This document shows positions 26,010 to 40,500 of a DNA stretch of 64,000 nt, one piece after another (position 1 is the first letter of the stretch; each line of letters starts with the position of its first letter). The notes below the pieces were generated by a model. The model was not told the origin of the DNA. It did no database searches and worked only from the letters and a program-made list of their open reading frames with translations. A program made the position numbers and the translations under genes. Origin of the DNA: Pocillopora damicornis (Eukaryota); contig NW_020844818.1 of assembly GCF_003704095.1 (NCBI RefSeq), positions 496,001 to 560,000 on the forward strand. Reading direction: 5' to 3'.

Positions 26010-26734
26010 AATTTTTGGTGTCAACAGTAGACAGCTTTCACTAACAAGTCAAGAAATATGGTCGCTTGTGCTACACTAGGCGGCCAATTAAGGAGCGACT
26101 TTCGGAAGCCAAGCCTCCGCATTCTAAGCGTAATTTAAAGTCCAAAGCCACAGGGGATACAAAAGTAAACAGTACAATTATTCCCCACCGGGTAAGGGTG
26201 AAAGGCAGACTACTTCAATAGCATTCTAAATTATGGACAGGGAAACCCTTTTTTATTACCTGTTCTAAATTTCCAAAAAGTTTCACGAGTGAGTGTCGTT
26301 TAGTCAACAGGGCCTTCATTACGTACCTTGAGTAGCGCGCAAAGCGCATCACCCTCGCGTGACCCTCAAGACCAGCAGTGAGATGGCTGTCCTCAGATTG
26401 GACCAAAATGGTTAAAAAAAAAAATTTATTTATCAGAGATCTCTCGATATTCCTAGCAAAAGATACAGTTGGGTCTAAATATCGAATTTTAATCGTGACT
26501 ATAAATCATAATAGGCGAGAACAAGTAAAAAAAAATGTCCTCTCTAACAGGAGCCCATTACCTCCTGTCTCTACTAAAGAAACCAATTTTTTAACTCCAG
26601 TCATTTTATCAGTCATTAATACAAAAATGAAGAAGAGAGAAAATTTCTATCAACGTAACAATCACAGATAAATCAATTGGTCAATTAACAGCCTGTGCCA
26701 ACGATATAAACACTAGCCAATCAGAAAATCCATT

Positions 26735-27253
26735 TCATTGTGTCCTTGTTAACGCCCCAGCCCCGCCTCCAAATCCGTATCCCTTGGGGCCATAATTTTT
26801 ACCATAACAGCTCTTGCAGTAGATATCATCTGAAAAAATAACGACAAGTAAGATGACAAAGGAAAACGGAGTGAGACCAAAGCAACAACAACTACAAAAA
26901 TTACCAGTGCCCTAAGACAAATCCAAGGTTTTTCTTAAGCTACAGCTATGACTAAGTGTCATCCATCAGCAGCCTGGTGTCAAGAGATATTCTCTCGGTG
27001 TATCATATCCATTTTAACTGGTCGGCGTCCTAACACATTTGGGGAAACGAAAGGATTGAATCTTTGGTGTTATCACGTTTTACTTACCGTCGTGCATGGT
27101 CAGAGTAGTACTGTCCAAGCCTTTTTTGCAATCCGTACACGTGAAGCAGCTCTTGTGCCACGGTTTGCCGTTTGAGTCTTTTTTCTCTTCGGCTTGGTAA
27201 ACGGACTTTGCACATCTCTGGCATTTCTTTTGAGGTGCTGGAGTAAAAGGCAT
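26735..27253 (-). CDS. Single-LIM muscle LIM protein-like (CSRP/Mlp60A-like), 86 aa
   Basis: Exons 27253-27088 and 26829-26735 give [86 protein letters not shown]. Possible 5'UTR exon ending at the gtaggt donor near 28605. Confidence 0.92.
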
Positions 27254-29330
27254 GTTGGCTTCCTATTATATCATAATAATAAATAATGAGATGAGTATCG
27301 ATGAATCTTATTTAAAAAAAAACAAAACAAAAAATAAAATTAATAACTGAAAAGAAAGAAAATCACTCTAAATTAAAAAAGACTTTTCAAAGGATTGTTG
27401 GGAAATGATCTTTACAAAGGTGTTTATTTTATAATCGTAGATTTCTTCATAACGTAAAGGTTAGTGACGTCATCAAAATTGATTTAATTTTTGGCTTGAA
27501 GTCACGATGCTCTCTGTCAACATGAGGACGTCACAACAAAACTTTTTATTCTCTCCAGTCTTCCCCCTCTCTCCCCCCGAAAAACGTAATCTACTGAAAA
27601 TAATTTCTGAAGCTAAGAGAACTGAATAGTATTTATCGTTTTTATCTTGGAGGAAACTAGTGTTGATCATTTGAAGAAAAAAATAAAGAACAGAAAGGAG
27701 GCCTAAATGGGGTTAACCGCTAGTCGTAACACGGCAAGGAAAAAATCCGTCTGGCGTAAAAATTGACAAATTTTAATCTTTAGTCGTGAGAAGGGTTAAC
27801 CGTAAACAAATTTCTTTTAACCACAGTGGAAATGAATTAATCGTTAGCCGCAAAATGGACTAATTCTTGAGGCGTTTGCCAGAAGAGTCATCATCTCCAT
27901 AAGAACCTCAGAAACAGCCGAGCTACACACACTCAAGTGTTATGGTTTGCAAGCTTCCTTCCTTCAAAGGTTTTTTTAATTTTTTAAATTTTTTTCAGAA
28001 CATATCGATGATTTCAGCTTCTGTACACTAGAGGCTTGGGTAAATAAGTTTTGTTCCCCTAGGCCCGTGCTCATAGGAGCAAATTCTCTCTGCATAGTTT
28101 CTGATTTGGAATAGACAGCTGCTGTTCTCTACTGGAAATGCACAGTTTTTAATTAGGATAATTACCTGTTCTTTTGTAATTCTATTGGCCAAACCAAAGA
28201 AACCAAAACATACACGGTTTACGCTATAGATATGTTTGCATCAAAGACATAACAGTTTGCATACCAAACGAAACCAAATGTTTTCTTTGGCTGTTCCTTT
28301 TTTGCCAAACATGACCGATGCCTGCTTTGAAAGATAGCTGTAATGTTTAATGTGAGTTTGATGTTGATAGTTTTTCGTTCAAAACAATCACAATAAACTG
28401 AAACATTCGTCGGAAGAAGAAGCAGTGACAAATCAAAACTCTGTTAAGTTGCAAGGGTTAGGACGTCGCCTGACTAGGTATAGATATCGTCTTTAGCGGA
28501 TATCTACGAAATTTGCTTTGAAATCCCCCGAAGAAGGAATAGCTTTCCATTTGTGACACAATTAAGAAAGAGAAAGTTTTTAAAAGCTAGGAATGTATGA
28601 CCTACCTTGAACTGCACAAACAGAGTCAGCGCATTCGATAGAATCTCGTACCAAACAACACAATGATGAGCTTCAACCTACAACCTCGCTATTTTTATTA
28701 GGGTCGAAGAGAATTTAATTACTTTTTGTTTTGCTCGATAAAATCAGTCAACGATGCCCTTTAGAGAGTTGGATCATTGATCAGCTCATCAATGAGTTAG
28801 TTTTGAAGAATTCTCTCCAGTTGTTTAAGACATGTAGAAAATCTCTAACACCTCGATTACCGGAAACGACAATCATATGCTCGGCTGGCGTTCACTTTCA
28901 ACACTTTTCTCTGTTCCTTTGATTGGCGAGAAACTCTAAGCATTTGTTCTAGTTTATTCCCCAGACATCTCTGGTATGAGATAGCCATCGAAAAGTGCAT
29001 TTCCATCGTTTTTGGAGCGTTTGCTACATACCGTTCTGAGGGACATAAAGCTTTTTTTTGAGTTTGTAAGTTTATCTCTGGGTTCGTTGAGGCGCGCCGA
29101 GTATTTGTGGACATATAAGGAGATTTTAAACGTTCTCGAAAAAATAACTTAAGGTACACGAAAAAAATTTAAGAGACCATTAACTCTCACCGTGTTATGC
29201 TAAAATTTGCTCACTCACGGAGTTCCTACAGCACAGCGTAAATAAACCTCGAAACAGACTTCCTTTGGATGTTGAAAAATCTTCATCAACAACAATCACG
29301 GATCATTCCAGAAAGGTGGTAGGCGGTAGG

Positions 29331-29331
<1 letters not shown>

Positions 29332-29379
<48 letters not shown>
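29332..29379. repeat. Poly-G tract
   Basis: About 48 consecutive G; the length may be a sequencing artefact. Confidence 0.9.
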
Positions 29380-29380
<1 letters not shown>

Positions 29381-30833
29381 GTGGATGTAAGCCCTCTCAC
29401 CGTTATCTTTCATGTAAGACTACTCAAAACAATTTCTTTTTGATAACAGATTCATCATTCCCAATGATTTTATATACACTTTATCGAGATCCTCTTTTAG
29501 GTTTGAAAACTCTGACCTCTCCAGCTCTTAAGAAATAGAAAAATGCCGAAGTCTCGCCTTCCACAAAATTTGAAATACGAACAGTCAAGGCAAAATCGTC
29601 GGATCGCAAATTTCAACCCATCAAATGTTAACCCTTTTGGGAGTGACAAACATCTAATTTTCTACTTGCAATATCTCCCCTGAATCACACATAAAGGTCA
29701 CAAGAATAAAGGAACCGATCACCAACTAAAGAAGATCTTGATTGTTAAACAAATTCTAACTGTCAGCACCTTAACAAATGTACGATGACCAGTATGGAGA
29801 ATATGCATACTGATATTAGGGTGTGAAGGGTTAAGAAAAGGCCTTTCGCACTTCCCTCCTGCACGTCCACCTTACTCCCCCCCCCCCCCAGAATTTTGGC
29901 CTCTCGACCCCCAGCCAAAAGTGCTTTGTGTTTTCCTATTCAAAGCAATAATCAAGCCCATGGGTGTCACACCCCGCCCGCCCACACCCCTATTTTTTAA
30001 CGCTCCTATCGACTTGTCAACCGCCCCATCTGACCTCGTGAGACTGAGAGACTTTTATGTAGGAGAAGTGAATGACGGAAAACAACGCAAAAGAATTAAT
30101 GTAGACAATGTATGACATGTTAGAAGTAAATCCTAGGAAAGGACGAAGTAGGTGCCTGAGTACGGTTGCATTTTTGGCAAAGAGCATGAATTTGTGGCAA
30201 GCTTCGAATATTTCAAATCAGTCAAATTAATAAATAAATTTAGCACGAAAATGCGCCGTATTCACGTTGAATTAAAGTTGCCCCTCCGGTAACTTCAACA
30301 CATCAACATTATTGACAGGAGGTCCAAGTTTGCCGGGACGCGTTTCTTAGGCGTAAGTGGCTCCTACCTAGTTTCTTGAACAAAGACTGAAACGATTAGC
30401 ATACCAAGAGCTTTTCTCCCATTGCTATGGCAATCACTGGATACAAAGACGCACGGGATTACGCTCTAAAGTGCATAAATTGTAACCGCTTTCCAAAACC
30501 GGAAAAAACCCGGCATAGCAGGCTGTAAGGAGTCTGAATTACGAGAATGACATCCGAATTGTCTTCTTTTCCCTGTTTACTTCTATTGTTGCTTAATCAG
30601 CCATTAGGCAAGGGTAGCATCACCTACCTTTTAAACTAAGGCTATCTCAGTTGTTTACAGGGTAAACCGACACTTTCAATAAACACTACTTTCGAAACAT
30701 ATAAGGGATGACTCAAGGTTTGCTGAAGAGTTTCCTGTTTACAGTTGTGGGGGAAAATTGGAACTTACGTGGTATAAGCTATAGTATGTCATATCCTTTC
30801 ATGTGTAGTTTAATGGTTGTTGTCAGAAGTGTG

Positions 30834-31105
30834 CATCCTCGGAGACCCAGGGGCTGTGAGTCAATTTCAAGTCAGGGCAGGAGAGCCCCTGGGGATCAAC
30901 AACACTGGCAAGCAACTGAGCTTCATACACTTCGCCGTGTTAAAGCACACGAAAGGACTCTAAAGCATACTTCACTCCGATTGGGTAGAAAAACAAAGAT
31001 TTTCTGTGGCTGTGACCGTTTGGAACTGGCCTAATAAGATTATGTCCCCATGGGCTCTCCCGCCCTGACTTGAAATCGACTCACGGCCCCTGGACTCCGA
31101 GGATG
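30834..31105. mobile_element. MITE with ~60-bp TIRs and a 9-bp target-site duplication (Mutator-like)
   Basis: catcctcggagacccaggggctgtgagtcaatttcaagtcagggc... and ...gccctgacttgaaatcgactcacggcccctggactccgaggatg; agaagtgtg directly flanks both ends (30825-30833, 31106-31114). Confidence 0.88.
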
Positions 31106-31533
31106 AGAAGTGTGTTGTGTTCTTTCTTAAACTTTAATTACAGGATATGAAGCCACGGTATAACCAAGATCAACAGAACTTTAATTAACCCTTTCAATAC
31201 TAATATCTCGTTACTAATTCTCCTTACTGTCTTCCTTACAATTCTGATGTTAGTTGGGAGAATTTGGATTTGGATCAAACAAAAAAAAATCCTCAAATTG
31301 ATGGTTTTTAGTGCATTGATATTGGAGAAAATTCTGTCTTGTAATGTAGCTGCTTACATTTATGTACATAAACCTTCCTTATGCACTCAGATTTGTTTAG
31401 AGTTTTGCAGAAATTTTACAACCATTCAATATCATCTGTACTCATCACAGCCTTTAAGCTGTACCTTACGGCAGTACTTATCTGTGACTGTTTTTGACAG
31501 GCTGCTTGAAAGACTCCTGAACACTTCTCTTCA

Positions 31534-31952
31534 TTGACCCTTTACACCCTAACATCAGTATCCATATTCTCCCTACTCTTCTCCATATCTTTCTCTTGGA
31601 ACTGACAAGGAGAATTCATTTGATGATCAAAGCTTCTTAGGTTGGTGAACATTTCCTTTATTCTCATGATCTTAATGAATGATTTAGCAGTATTACTGTC
31701 AGGAGAAATTAGATGCTGGTCACTCTTAGGGTTTTAACCCTTTAACGCCTATGATATGATTGTTAATTCTCTCCTCTAGCTGCTAAACATTTCCTTGTAA
31801 AGCAGCTGGGAGAATTTGGTCTTAGATCTAGATAACAACTTTAACCAAATAAGTTTGAGTATTCTCATTACCTGCTTGCTGGATAATGTATGGATATTAT
31901 AGGGAGAAGTAACATGTTAATCACTTTTGGGAGTTAAAGGGTTAAGGGTTAA
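31534..31952. mobile_element. Nested TTAA MITEs
   Basis: Element A (31534-31737 plus 31946-31952) is split by element B (31738-31941), with TTAA duplicated on both sides. Confidence 0.8.
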
Positions 31953-32150
31953 CAACTTGTAAATGCTCCAAAACCAAAAAAAAAGTAAACCACCACTAAT
32001 GCAGCAGAAGCACTGAACTGTTTGTACAGGAAGGCTTCCCATGGTCTACTGCTGCTATAAATTCTTCTTCCTGATATAAACATAGATAATCAGACCTAAA
32101 AATCATACATCCACTTAGTAAAACCTGGTAAGAGACATCATTTTGTGACT

Positions 32151-35100
32151 TTAAACAACTATTCTTGCTTCATCATGATGACTTTGGCCAGAGGAAAAGA
32201 TCTCTGCATTCTTCGGTTGTACTTGAATGATGACAATTATCTTTTGAAACTCTCGGAAGTATGTCAGAAAGTAGAGAAGGAAACATATGCTCATCAACCA
32301 TTCACTGAAAGTACTCGCCAGATGGGCATTGTATCCCTGTTATGGTTAAAAAAAAAATGCAATCACAATAAGTTAGAGCAAGAAATATGATTAAAGGGGG
32401 TAAGTTTCTAGAGAAACTGTGGTGTTGTGTTGCTGGGAGAGTACAACAGGGTAATTTGGTTCTATTAACTTAGTTAATAACGTAAATTGGCCACTGTAAA
32501 CATTTTAAAAAGTTGAAGTTTCTAGTGTTAGCTCTTTGTCAGGGCAAATGATGAAGTATCAGATTAAAAAACAAACAAAAAAAAAGGCACAAGAGACATA
32601 TTTGGATCTAGGAGGATCTCTACAATAAAATCATTGCCAAATGAGCCACAAAATTATACAATCAGAGAATTTCCTCACACATCAATCAACTTGATAGCAG
32701 AATAGGGAACTTCAATTACAAAATCTAGGAAACATCTAAGGCTAAACTGGAGAATGATACTCCTCAATCAGTAAGAACTGGTATTCCCTGTGCACGCAAA
32801 GGATGGGCAAGTGATTTTTCTGAGCACTTACATCATCTGTTTTGTTCCACTTGAGTTCAGCAGCCATGTCACTCATGTTCTTATGCTGTTCTTTGTATGC
32901 TACTGAGGCGGCACCTCCAGCCGCTAGTGCTATTTTCAAAATTAATTTAACATCAAGGACAAAATCAGCAATAATTTGTCTTGGCATCAGATCTTAAGTT
33001 TCCTAAAACCCTCTGCTTAACTCATGAAGCTACAAAAATTGGAATTACTAATACTAACTTGATCTGCATATTGGAGCAAGGATAAAAACAGCTTCTATAC
33101 TTGAAGACTGCGTGCATGAAAGACTAGCATAGCTTCAAGAGCTTAACCCAGTAACTGTGCCATACAACAGAAAGGAATATTGCCACTCGTTGTAGATAAT
33201 ATGGGAATGATAATGGGAACAATGGGCATTTAGCAGTGGACATCCCACGAGGTAGCTCTTCTTGTCCACTGTTTCCAGGTTGAATTGGAATGTGAAAAGT
33301 TAGTATTTCTGGAGGGAAGAAACCCAGAAGACTAGGAGAGTAAACCTCAGAGCAAGGATAAGAACCAACAAAAAACTCAACCCACGTATGGCAACAGGTC
33401 TGGGAATCAACCCAAGGCCAGAGCAGTGGGAGTTGAGTGGTATCACCACAGCACCATCCTGCTCTCCTCATTTTCTAGTCTACAATTTAGTTGAACTTTT
33501 ATGACATTTTGCTGGTACTTATAAAAACTCAATGGCCTTTTAAGGTAATATGTATTATGATCCTGACCAACTGTCTAAGCTATGTTTCTGATCTAGTATA
33601 CAGTGCACTGTGATTATGAACTCACACTGCACATTCCATCTCACTGACATGTGGATAGCAAAGTTTGATTTAACTGAAAGAGGATACTGATGATAAAGAA
33701 CACAGATATGAGAGCTGAAAGAATAAATCTGGTGCAAGAGCTAAGGGCAGAGCTTGTTGCCTGATTTCGCATTAAATGGGAAATAAAGGCCTGCATCCAG
33801 CAGTACAGTGTCCCTAAACCAAACACCATGATAGCGCCTGTCAAATGTGTTGGCAAAGAATTTGTCTCCTATAAAAGAACAATAGCAATCTATATCATTA
33901 CACTGTCAGTAATTGAAAGAGTGTTGGGAAGATTGAGAAATGCCTGCCTTCATAAACATCAGGCCCCCTTTTTTGTGACAATTATTTTATAGTTTTTATC
34001 TTTTTGAAGTATCCAAGCAGGCCTGGCCCATAACCAGTCCAACTTCTTACAATACAGACCAGTGTCTGGAGTTTTTTTCTCTTCCATTCCAGCCAAGAGG
34101 AAAAAAGCAAACCAGCAGAAAAAATAAACAAGTTACTAACCAATCTAGTTCAATCTGTATGTAAAAAAACAAAAAAAACCAAAAAAAAAAAAACCAACTG
34201 TGCCTTCAAGCCTTGGACTGTACTCAAGATATCAGCCACAGTTTTTTTCCCCTATCAACTTTCCAGATGGTGTCTTGAACTATTAAAATACCTCTCTCTT
34301 GCCAAGAGGAGGAAGTGATATTCATTTTATTTAAAACCAGATGAATTGAACTTAGGTGTTGATCAATTTGAAGCTTCAACACCCCTCCCCCCCCCTCCCT
34401 TCTTCAAGTGCTCCCACCCAAGTGCTGAATTAGCAACTGTGCAATTCTTGTGGACCTCTTCTTCTGAGCCATCTGCTCACAAAAGTGAACTTTCTACATT
34501 TATACACTTCCACATTAGAGGATAAAACACATTCATTTAGTGGGAAAGCAGTTCTGGTTCAAATTCTCCACCACCCTGGAAAGGTTCAAATTCCCCACCC
34601 CCCTCCAAGGGGGGAGGGGTACAAGGGATGTTGAAGCTAGATTGCTTTTTTTTATGTTGATAATGGTAATTGTCATGGGGAAAATTTCTCAACACATCAC
34701 TTGTTTTTACTACAATTTTCTTCAAAAAAGAACAAGTTAAAAAATAAAACAGTTCCCCAAATGTGTTAAACAAAAATTGGATTTCACAAAAATAATGGGG
34801 TTTTGCCCACAATAACACGCCCTTGATAGCAACTTAATAATTTCAGTACTCAGATCTTGCCTAACTTACTTGAAAATTTGCAACCATGGAGAGACCCAAG
34901 CATGTAAAGGCTGCTATCCACAAGGACCAATAGTTAAGATTCGAGATTATCGGCATGTCTGTGACATTGGATTCTCTTACATGTCTGTAGTGGATATACA
35001 TTACTACAAATGCTGCAAATTAATCAAACAATAATCTAAAACATTTATGTCAAAGATGGCTCTTGCCAATATTGGGATTTGAAAAATCTGACCTGAAAGT

Positions 35101-37573
35101 ATTGTGTGCATTATGTGGAAAAAGGAAAAAAAATTTGTAAATTTCATAAAGAAATAGGCATACTGTTGAGCGGAATTAAGTTTTGATCAAATTATTTAGT
35201 TGGCTGCACTCAATGAAACAGTAATACAAAAATAACAACATTTAACCCTAGTTATAGTCAGATCATGGCTAGAGGGAATATACACCTTGAGGATAAATAC
35301 TGTCCAACAAACAACTTTTAAATGAAGTTATATGTTTTGATTTTTAGTCAGCATGAACAACTCAGATCATTCGACAACTGTTTCCATGGTGTTAAAGGTA
35401 AGAGCAAGCTAGATAAAATACTCATTTATGATCAAAGTTCTTTCAGTTTATCTACCAAAAGAATTCTTAAGAATGTATCATCTTAACTACGAGATAGAAA
35501 AGATCTTCACAATACCAATCACTGCAGCCATATTGAGAAACTGTCCAAAGATGCAACTCTCAGGTGCACGAGACCCTGCATCGCTAAAGAGAAACAAACA
35601 GAAAAACAGTCAAAGAACATGAATTTCACCAAAGAAATGTCATGGTTCAAACTTGTTAGATACAGACAAATAAGGATGGAATGGTCTGCCAAAGATTTAT
35701 TCCTCCCCTCCAGAAATTTAATCATACAACAACATTAATTGTGTTCATTTAAAATTCATAAATTCCCAATTTGAGCCCAAACTTATCCCAAAAAATATCC
35801 AATTATCCTTCCCTCCTTTTTATTATTTTCCCCACAAGAAAATTTCCACCACTGGATTTAATTACAGAATTTTTAAAAATGATCTTGAAAATAACATGTG
35901 GAGGACCAAATAAGAATTTAATCCTTTAACTTTGATGAGTGACCAGGACATCATTTCTCCTTACAGTGTTAATACAATATCAAGCAAACAAGTGACGAGA
36001 ATAAAGAAAAATATAAATTAGGGTATTACTAGTTGATGCTATACCAAATTCTCCACACTAACATCATAAGAATTGTATGGCAGACAGTAAGGAGAATTGC
36101 TCATGAGATTTTGGGAGTGAAAGGGTTAAAGCACTTAGTTTGAGGAAACAAACAGAACAAATATTGGCCATAAGAAACTAAAATTTTGTGCTGCTGGCAT
36201 GTTCAATCATAGGATGTTCCATGCCTTCCCTCTGCATGATCTCCTAAGGACTCCTACAAAAAAAGATCTTGTTGCCATCTAAAATAGAACCTAGTGGGAT
36301 ATTCAACCATCAAAATTACTTGATTGTGTTTATTTTAAGTAGGAAATGAAAATGTCCTTTTAAGGGTGCACTCAGTGTTATGACTACTTTTTTACGACTT
36401 AGCTATAAAATCAACTCATTTATATGCTACAGCACATAAAGTGCCGTCACTGAGACCAGTTGAATACAACATTAACATATTTTTAGTTCCAACAAACCTT
36501 ATATATGGCCAAACAGCTCTGACATCCCCTCTCTTTACAGACATGCCATAGCTAATAATAGAAATATAATGTATTACTTATATACATGATGATTGGAAAG
36601 AGAATCTCATCCATGTCCCATGTTACCTGCTAAATTTGCCCTTGCACTATATTCAACCTTCAACTACAGAATTATTACACTCAATGACTTACAATGACTT
36701 GTGACTACATGCATAAAGTCATTCTCCTGGCATGACCAACAAAATAAACACTGATCAACAGATAATCAAAAATACTAAATGCTAAATTCTACGACCATCA
36801 TCAGATGTCAATTTGTTTGTCATGGTGCAAATTACAAATTGATACAATGTGAAATAAAGATAAATCCTGATGGACAAAGACAATCAATAAAAATCAATAA
36901 CAGCAATTGACCATCCCATTGAAAAATCAGATTCATCAACTGCTCAAGAACAATGACTTCAATATTAATATCCAAGGATCATTGCATTTTCATCAAAAAG
37001 TATAAATTTTCATCAGTTCATACTGGTAATAGGACCGGGAGGACTCCAATTTAGTCTGTAATCATGCAAGTAATGAACAAAATCAGATGACTGCGAAGTA
37101 GGAGTCCAATTTGTCAATCATGACCATGACTATAGACAGAATTGGATGACAAAATGTCCTGTTAAAAATTCCTCTATTTTTGGGAATGTCCCATTTTTAT
37201 CTATTAGGATATCAAGTGGTTGTTGCTGTGATTACTGTGATCAATTACTTGATTAGTGGATTTAGTTGAGTGGACTTAGTATGATTGACTGCTTCAACTG
37301 TCCGATTATAGGGGTGCAATAAAAGCCAACTGTCTGATTACAATTATATGGAATGATATTTGAGGAATCACATTTGAGGAAATTGTCACCTTTATCATTA
37401 TTGCTAATAGTAAATCTTAATTGGTCACGCAAGGGTTGATTACAAGTAAATTGTAGGTAATCTTATATAACTTTATACATCCATAATACTTACGCAGTGA
37501 AGAAAGCAATGATTGCAAAGCAACCAAGGACAACAGGTAGAAAATGAAGATTCCCAATGCCTTGAGGGGCCAT
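32151..37573 (-). CDS. DRAM2: DNA damage-regulated autophagy modulator (DRAM/TMEM150, Frag1 family), ~269 aa
   Basis: Exons 37573-37494, 36551-36498, 35583-35516, 35012-34870, 33868-33688, 32929-32832, 32336-32151. Motifs WPYISDAGSRAPESCIFGQFLN, GLSMVANFQ, HLTGA, STFSEW, YFREFQKI and six hydrophobic segments. Likely 5'UTR exon ending at 38803. DRAM1 versus DRAM2 cannot be resolved. Confidence 0.88.
33225..33468 (-). mobile_element. tRNA-derived SINE
   Basis: Minus strand reads gagagcaggatggtgctgtggtga (A box)...gggttgattccca (B box)...gtgggttgagttt...ttggttct...ccttgctctgagg, a typical SINE2 head and body. Confidence 0.7.
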
Positions 37574-40500
37574 AACTATAATTTCTTCCAATTTCTGTTC
37601 AAAGAGAAAACAAATCAGTTATTTGTGAACACAAACTCTTTTTTTTTCTATCATTCTAGCCATAACATGGTATGCTTCTAGTATTTCTGATTCCAAGTTA
37701 CCATTATAACTAGGAACTTAAGGGCCTGTAAGATTTGAAGTTTAATATATATATATTTTTTCATTTAAGAACCGTTTGGCACAATCCACTCCCTCTAAGT
37801 ACACACTAAATAGAACACCAGCTAACAGCTAATGACTGAAAAGTTGTCTTTCCACAAAATTTGATTAAGCCACACGAAGTTTTAATTGACAGAGTTAAAG
37901 ATAGTGAGGTTTTTCAGCATAACTAACATACAGGCAAACCACAAACAGCCTGCTAAAACACCTACAGGGTCAAGTTTGAACTCACAAATTTGATTCCACG
38001 CTGTATAACTTTCAAGAAAGTTAAAAAATCTAGTGTTGATAGGATCAAATTTGTCATGAGACAAAGAAATACCGCAATTGCGTCGTTTCTAAATTCAGTG
38101 CAGAATATTAGATCTCACAAAACCGCTATGGAGATTCAATTGAGTCGGTAAAGTCTGTTTCCTCTCAGTTAAGTCGTGAGTTATATTGCTAAGGCGCACT
38201 TCCGAACGATTAAAATTTTCAGAAACGTAAAGTGCACACCCAATGGACAATTTTCATATTTACAAAGCCGTTCTAATTTTTCCATGACAGAAATGAGATG
38301 AGCTTTCCAAATTTTAACACCTAACATTTCTTTCACAATTACTTGTTAAAGTTTTGAATTGAATTCCCATGTGTGTTTAAGAAATTTCACACGTGAGTAC
38401 TAGTAAAATTTCTGCCGCGAGTGAAATACAGCAAATACATATATATATATACAAATTATGCAACAAGAAATCAAACGCAGTGTTGCGTACTTGGTTACGC
38501 AAAATATAACCAGGCTAGAACTTCACCAGCAAGGGTGGCTGGTTTATCACCAATGAGAAAATAGTTTATAAGTCGATGACACTACATAAGAAATCTACGG
38601 CGAAGTTTCTCCGAATACGAGCGACCTTCCATGATTCAAATATTGAAGATGTTAAGGACATATGCAAGGAACACTTGATAAATATTTCATTCCTTCCAGT
38701 GCTTTGTTTCTTTTGGATTTTACGTAAAACAGTAATGTGCATGATTTTATACCAAGAGCTTAATTTTCCCAAACATTTCCTACAAAACTACTATTTTCTT
38801 ACCTGAGCAAACAGGGTCAACTATTTCGAGCGAATGACATGGCTACAACTCCGTCCGGGAAGCGAATACTTGTAACCATGTGACCGAGGACCACAATTTC
38901 CGTTCCATGAAGAGGAAGAGAAAGGCATTTTGGGAAGGCAACCAGAAATAAAATTACTCCCCAGGTGTTTTAATTTCAAAAAGATAAAGCAATGCCTAGG
39001 TTGGGAAGAAACAGTTATTTGGGTAGATTCGTCTGAATTCCCTGTGCTTACGCGAGAGACTGCACAGCAGCCGTTTCAGTTTAAAAGTTCACTACAATAG
39101 TGAGCAGACTGTGAAAGACTACCAGTAAATCACTAAACTTTTTAACTCAAGAAATAATTTGGCATTCAATTCGAAGAAAGATGGTGACTCGTACACGACC
39201 ACTTGGCGAAATAAATATTTAATGGACATAATTTTCATATTTATAATTCATACAACTCTTCATGGGCATTATTTTCATAAACGTCATTATAATAGAGATT
39301 ACTCTTCTCTTGATTTATGCCTTAGAGTGTATTAATACTCAATACAATAAATAGTACGACTCCTATACAAGTGGCTAACACTAGTCTCGCGCTTGTAGGT
39401 TACAAAACATTGTTTTCAAAACAGAAAATTTAGCTTCGAGTGAAAGAGACTTGAAAGTACAATAAGTACTAAAGCTTCACTGGTAGGGATTTCTGTCACA
39501 ATAAGGCCATATAAATTTCACTTGCAATAAATTCCTGAAAAGTTCCCAAAACTTTCCATCATGCCAACACCTTTCTGGAAACCCATCAACCTTGGAAATG
39601 AGATCATTTCTTCCTACCCTTGCAGTAACTCGAACACTAAAAGATTTGAATAGGACATATCTCAGACGCATATTTCTATCAATACAAGGCAGTGATCTAA
39701 AAATAACTGTTTCTGGCCAGCTAATGCAAACTACATGGGTGTAAGACCTATTTCAGCCTCCTCCCCCCTTCTTAACGAAGACCTTTCTTTAAGCGAGGGA
39801 TGGGAATTCCATTGTTTAAATATTTTGTCTTCAATAGAAACCTCTCGAAGATTAATTTGTTTAAGTCACTAAGGTAAAAATCTTCCATTCACATATTTAA
39901 AGTGAACTTCTTCCAAAACCCTTCTACGAAACTTTATTGTGACCATCAGGGTCTTTCAAAGAATCCTTATACTCTTTTACCCCCAGAAAAATACTTAACT
40001 GAATAAAGCTTTCATTGCAAAGGTTGTTTTTCGTTTTTAAGTCCTAGGACTGATGCAAGCTATTAATTACAATGGTCGTTGAGACACAAAAGTCTACCTC
40101 TGAGGAAATTCAATTTGTAAGGAAATTAACTATGGGAAGCTTCAAGAATCCAAAGGTTAAGTCTGAATTTGAATCACACCTATGGAGAGACATGTCGTTC
40201 TTAGTGCCCATTTGCAAGGATGTGAACTTTCATTGTGGTTTTCTTACTGTTCCTAAGGTATTAGAAAAGGTGAAAAGGGGTAAAACAAAGAGGCAGTAGA
40301 GACTCCTATATTACACATGCATATTAATACCAATAACACATGATCATGTAGTACAATTGGAGAAAATCAGCTATTAGCAAGGTAAGATGGGATCAGTCTC
40401 CTTTAATACACAGTATTTTCTTTATTTTCATTCCTTTTCCTTAAATCAGGTTATGCATTCTCATTGTATTACTCAGTGAATAAACTTCAGCGATCTGTTA

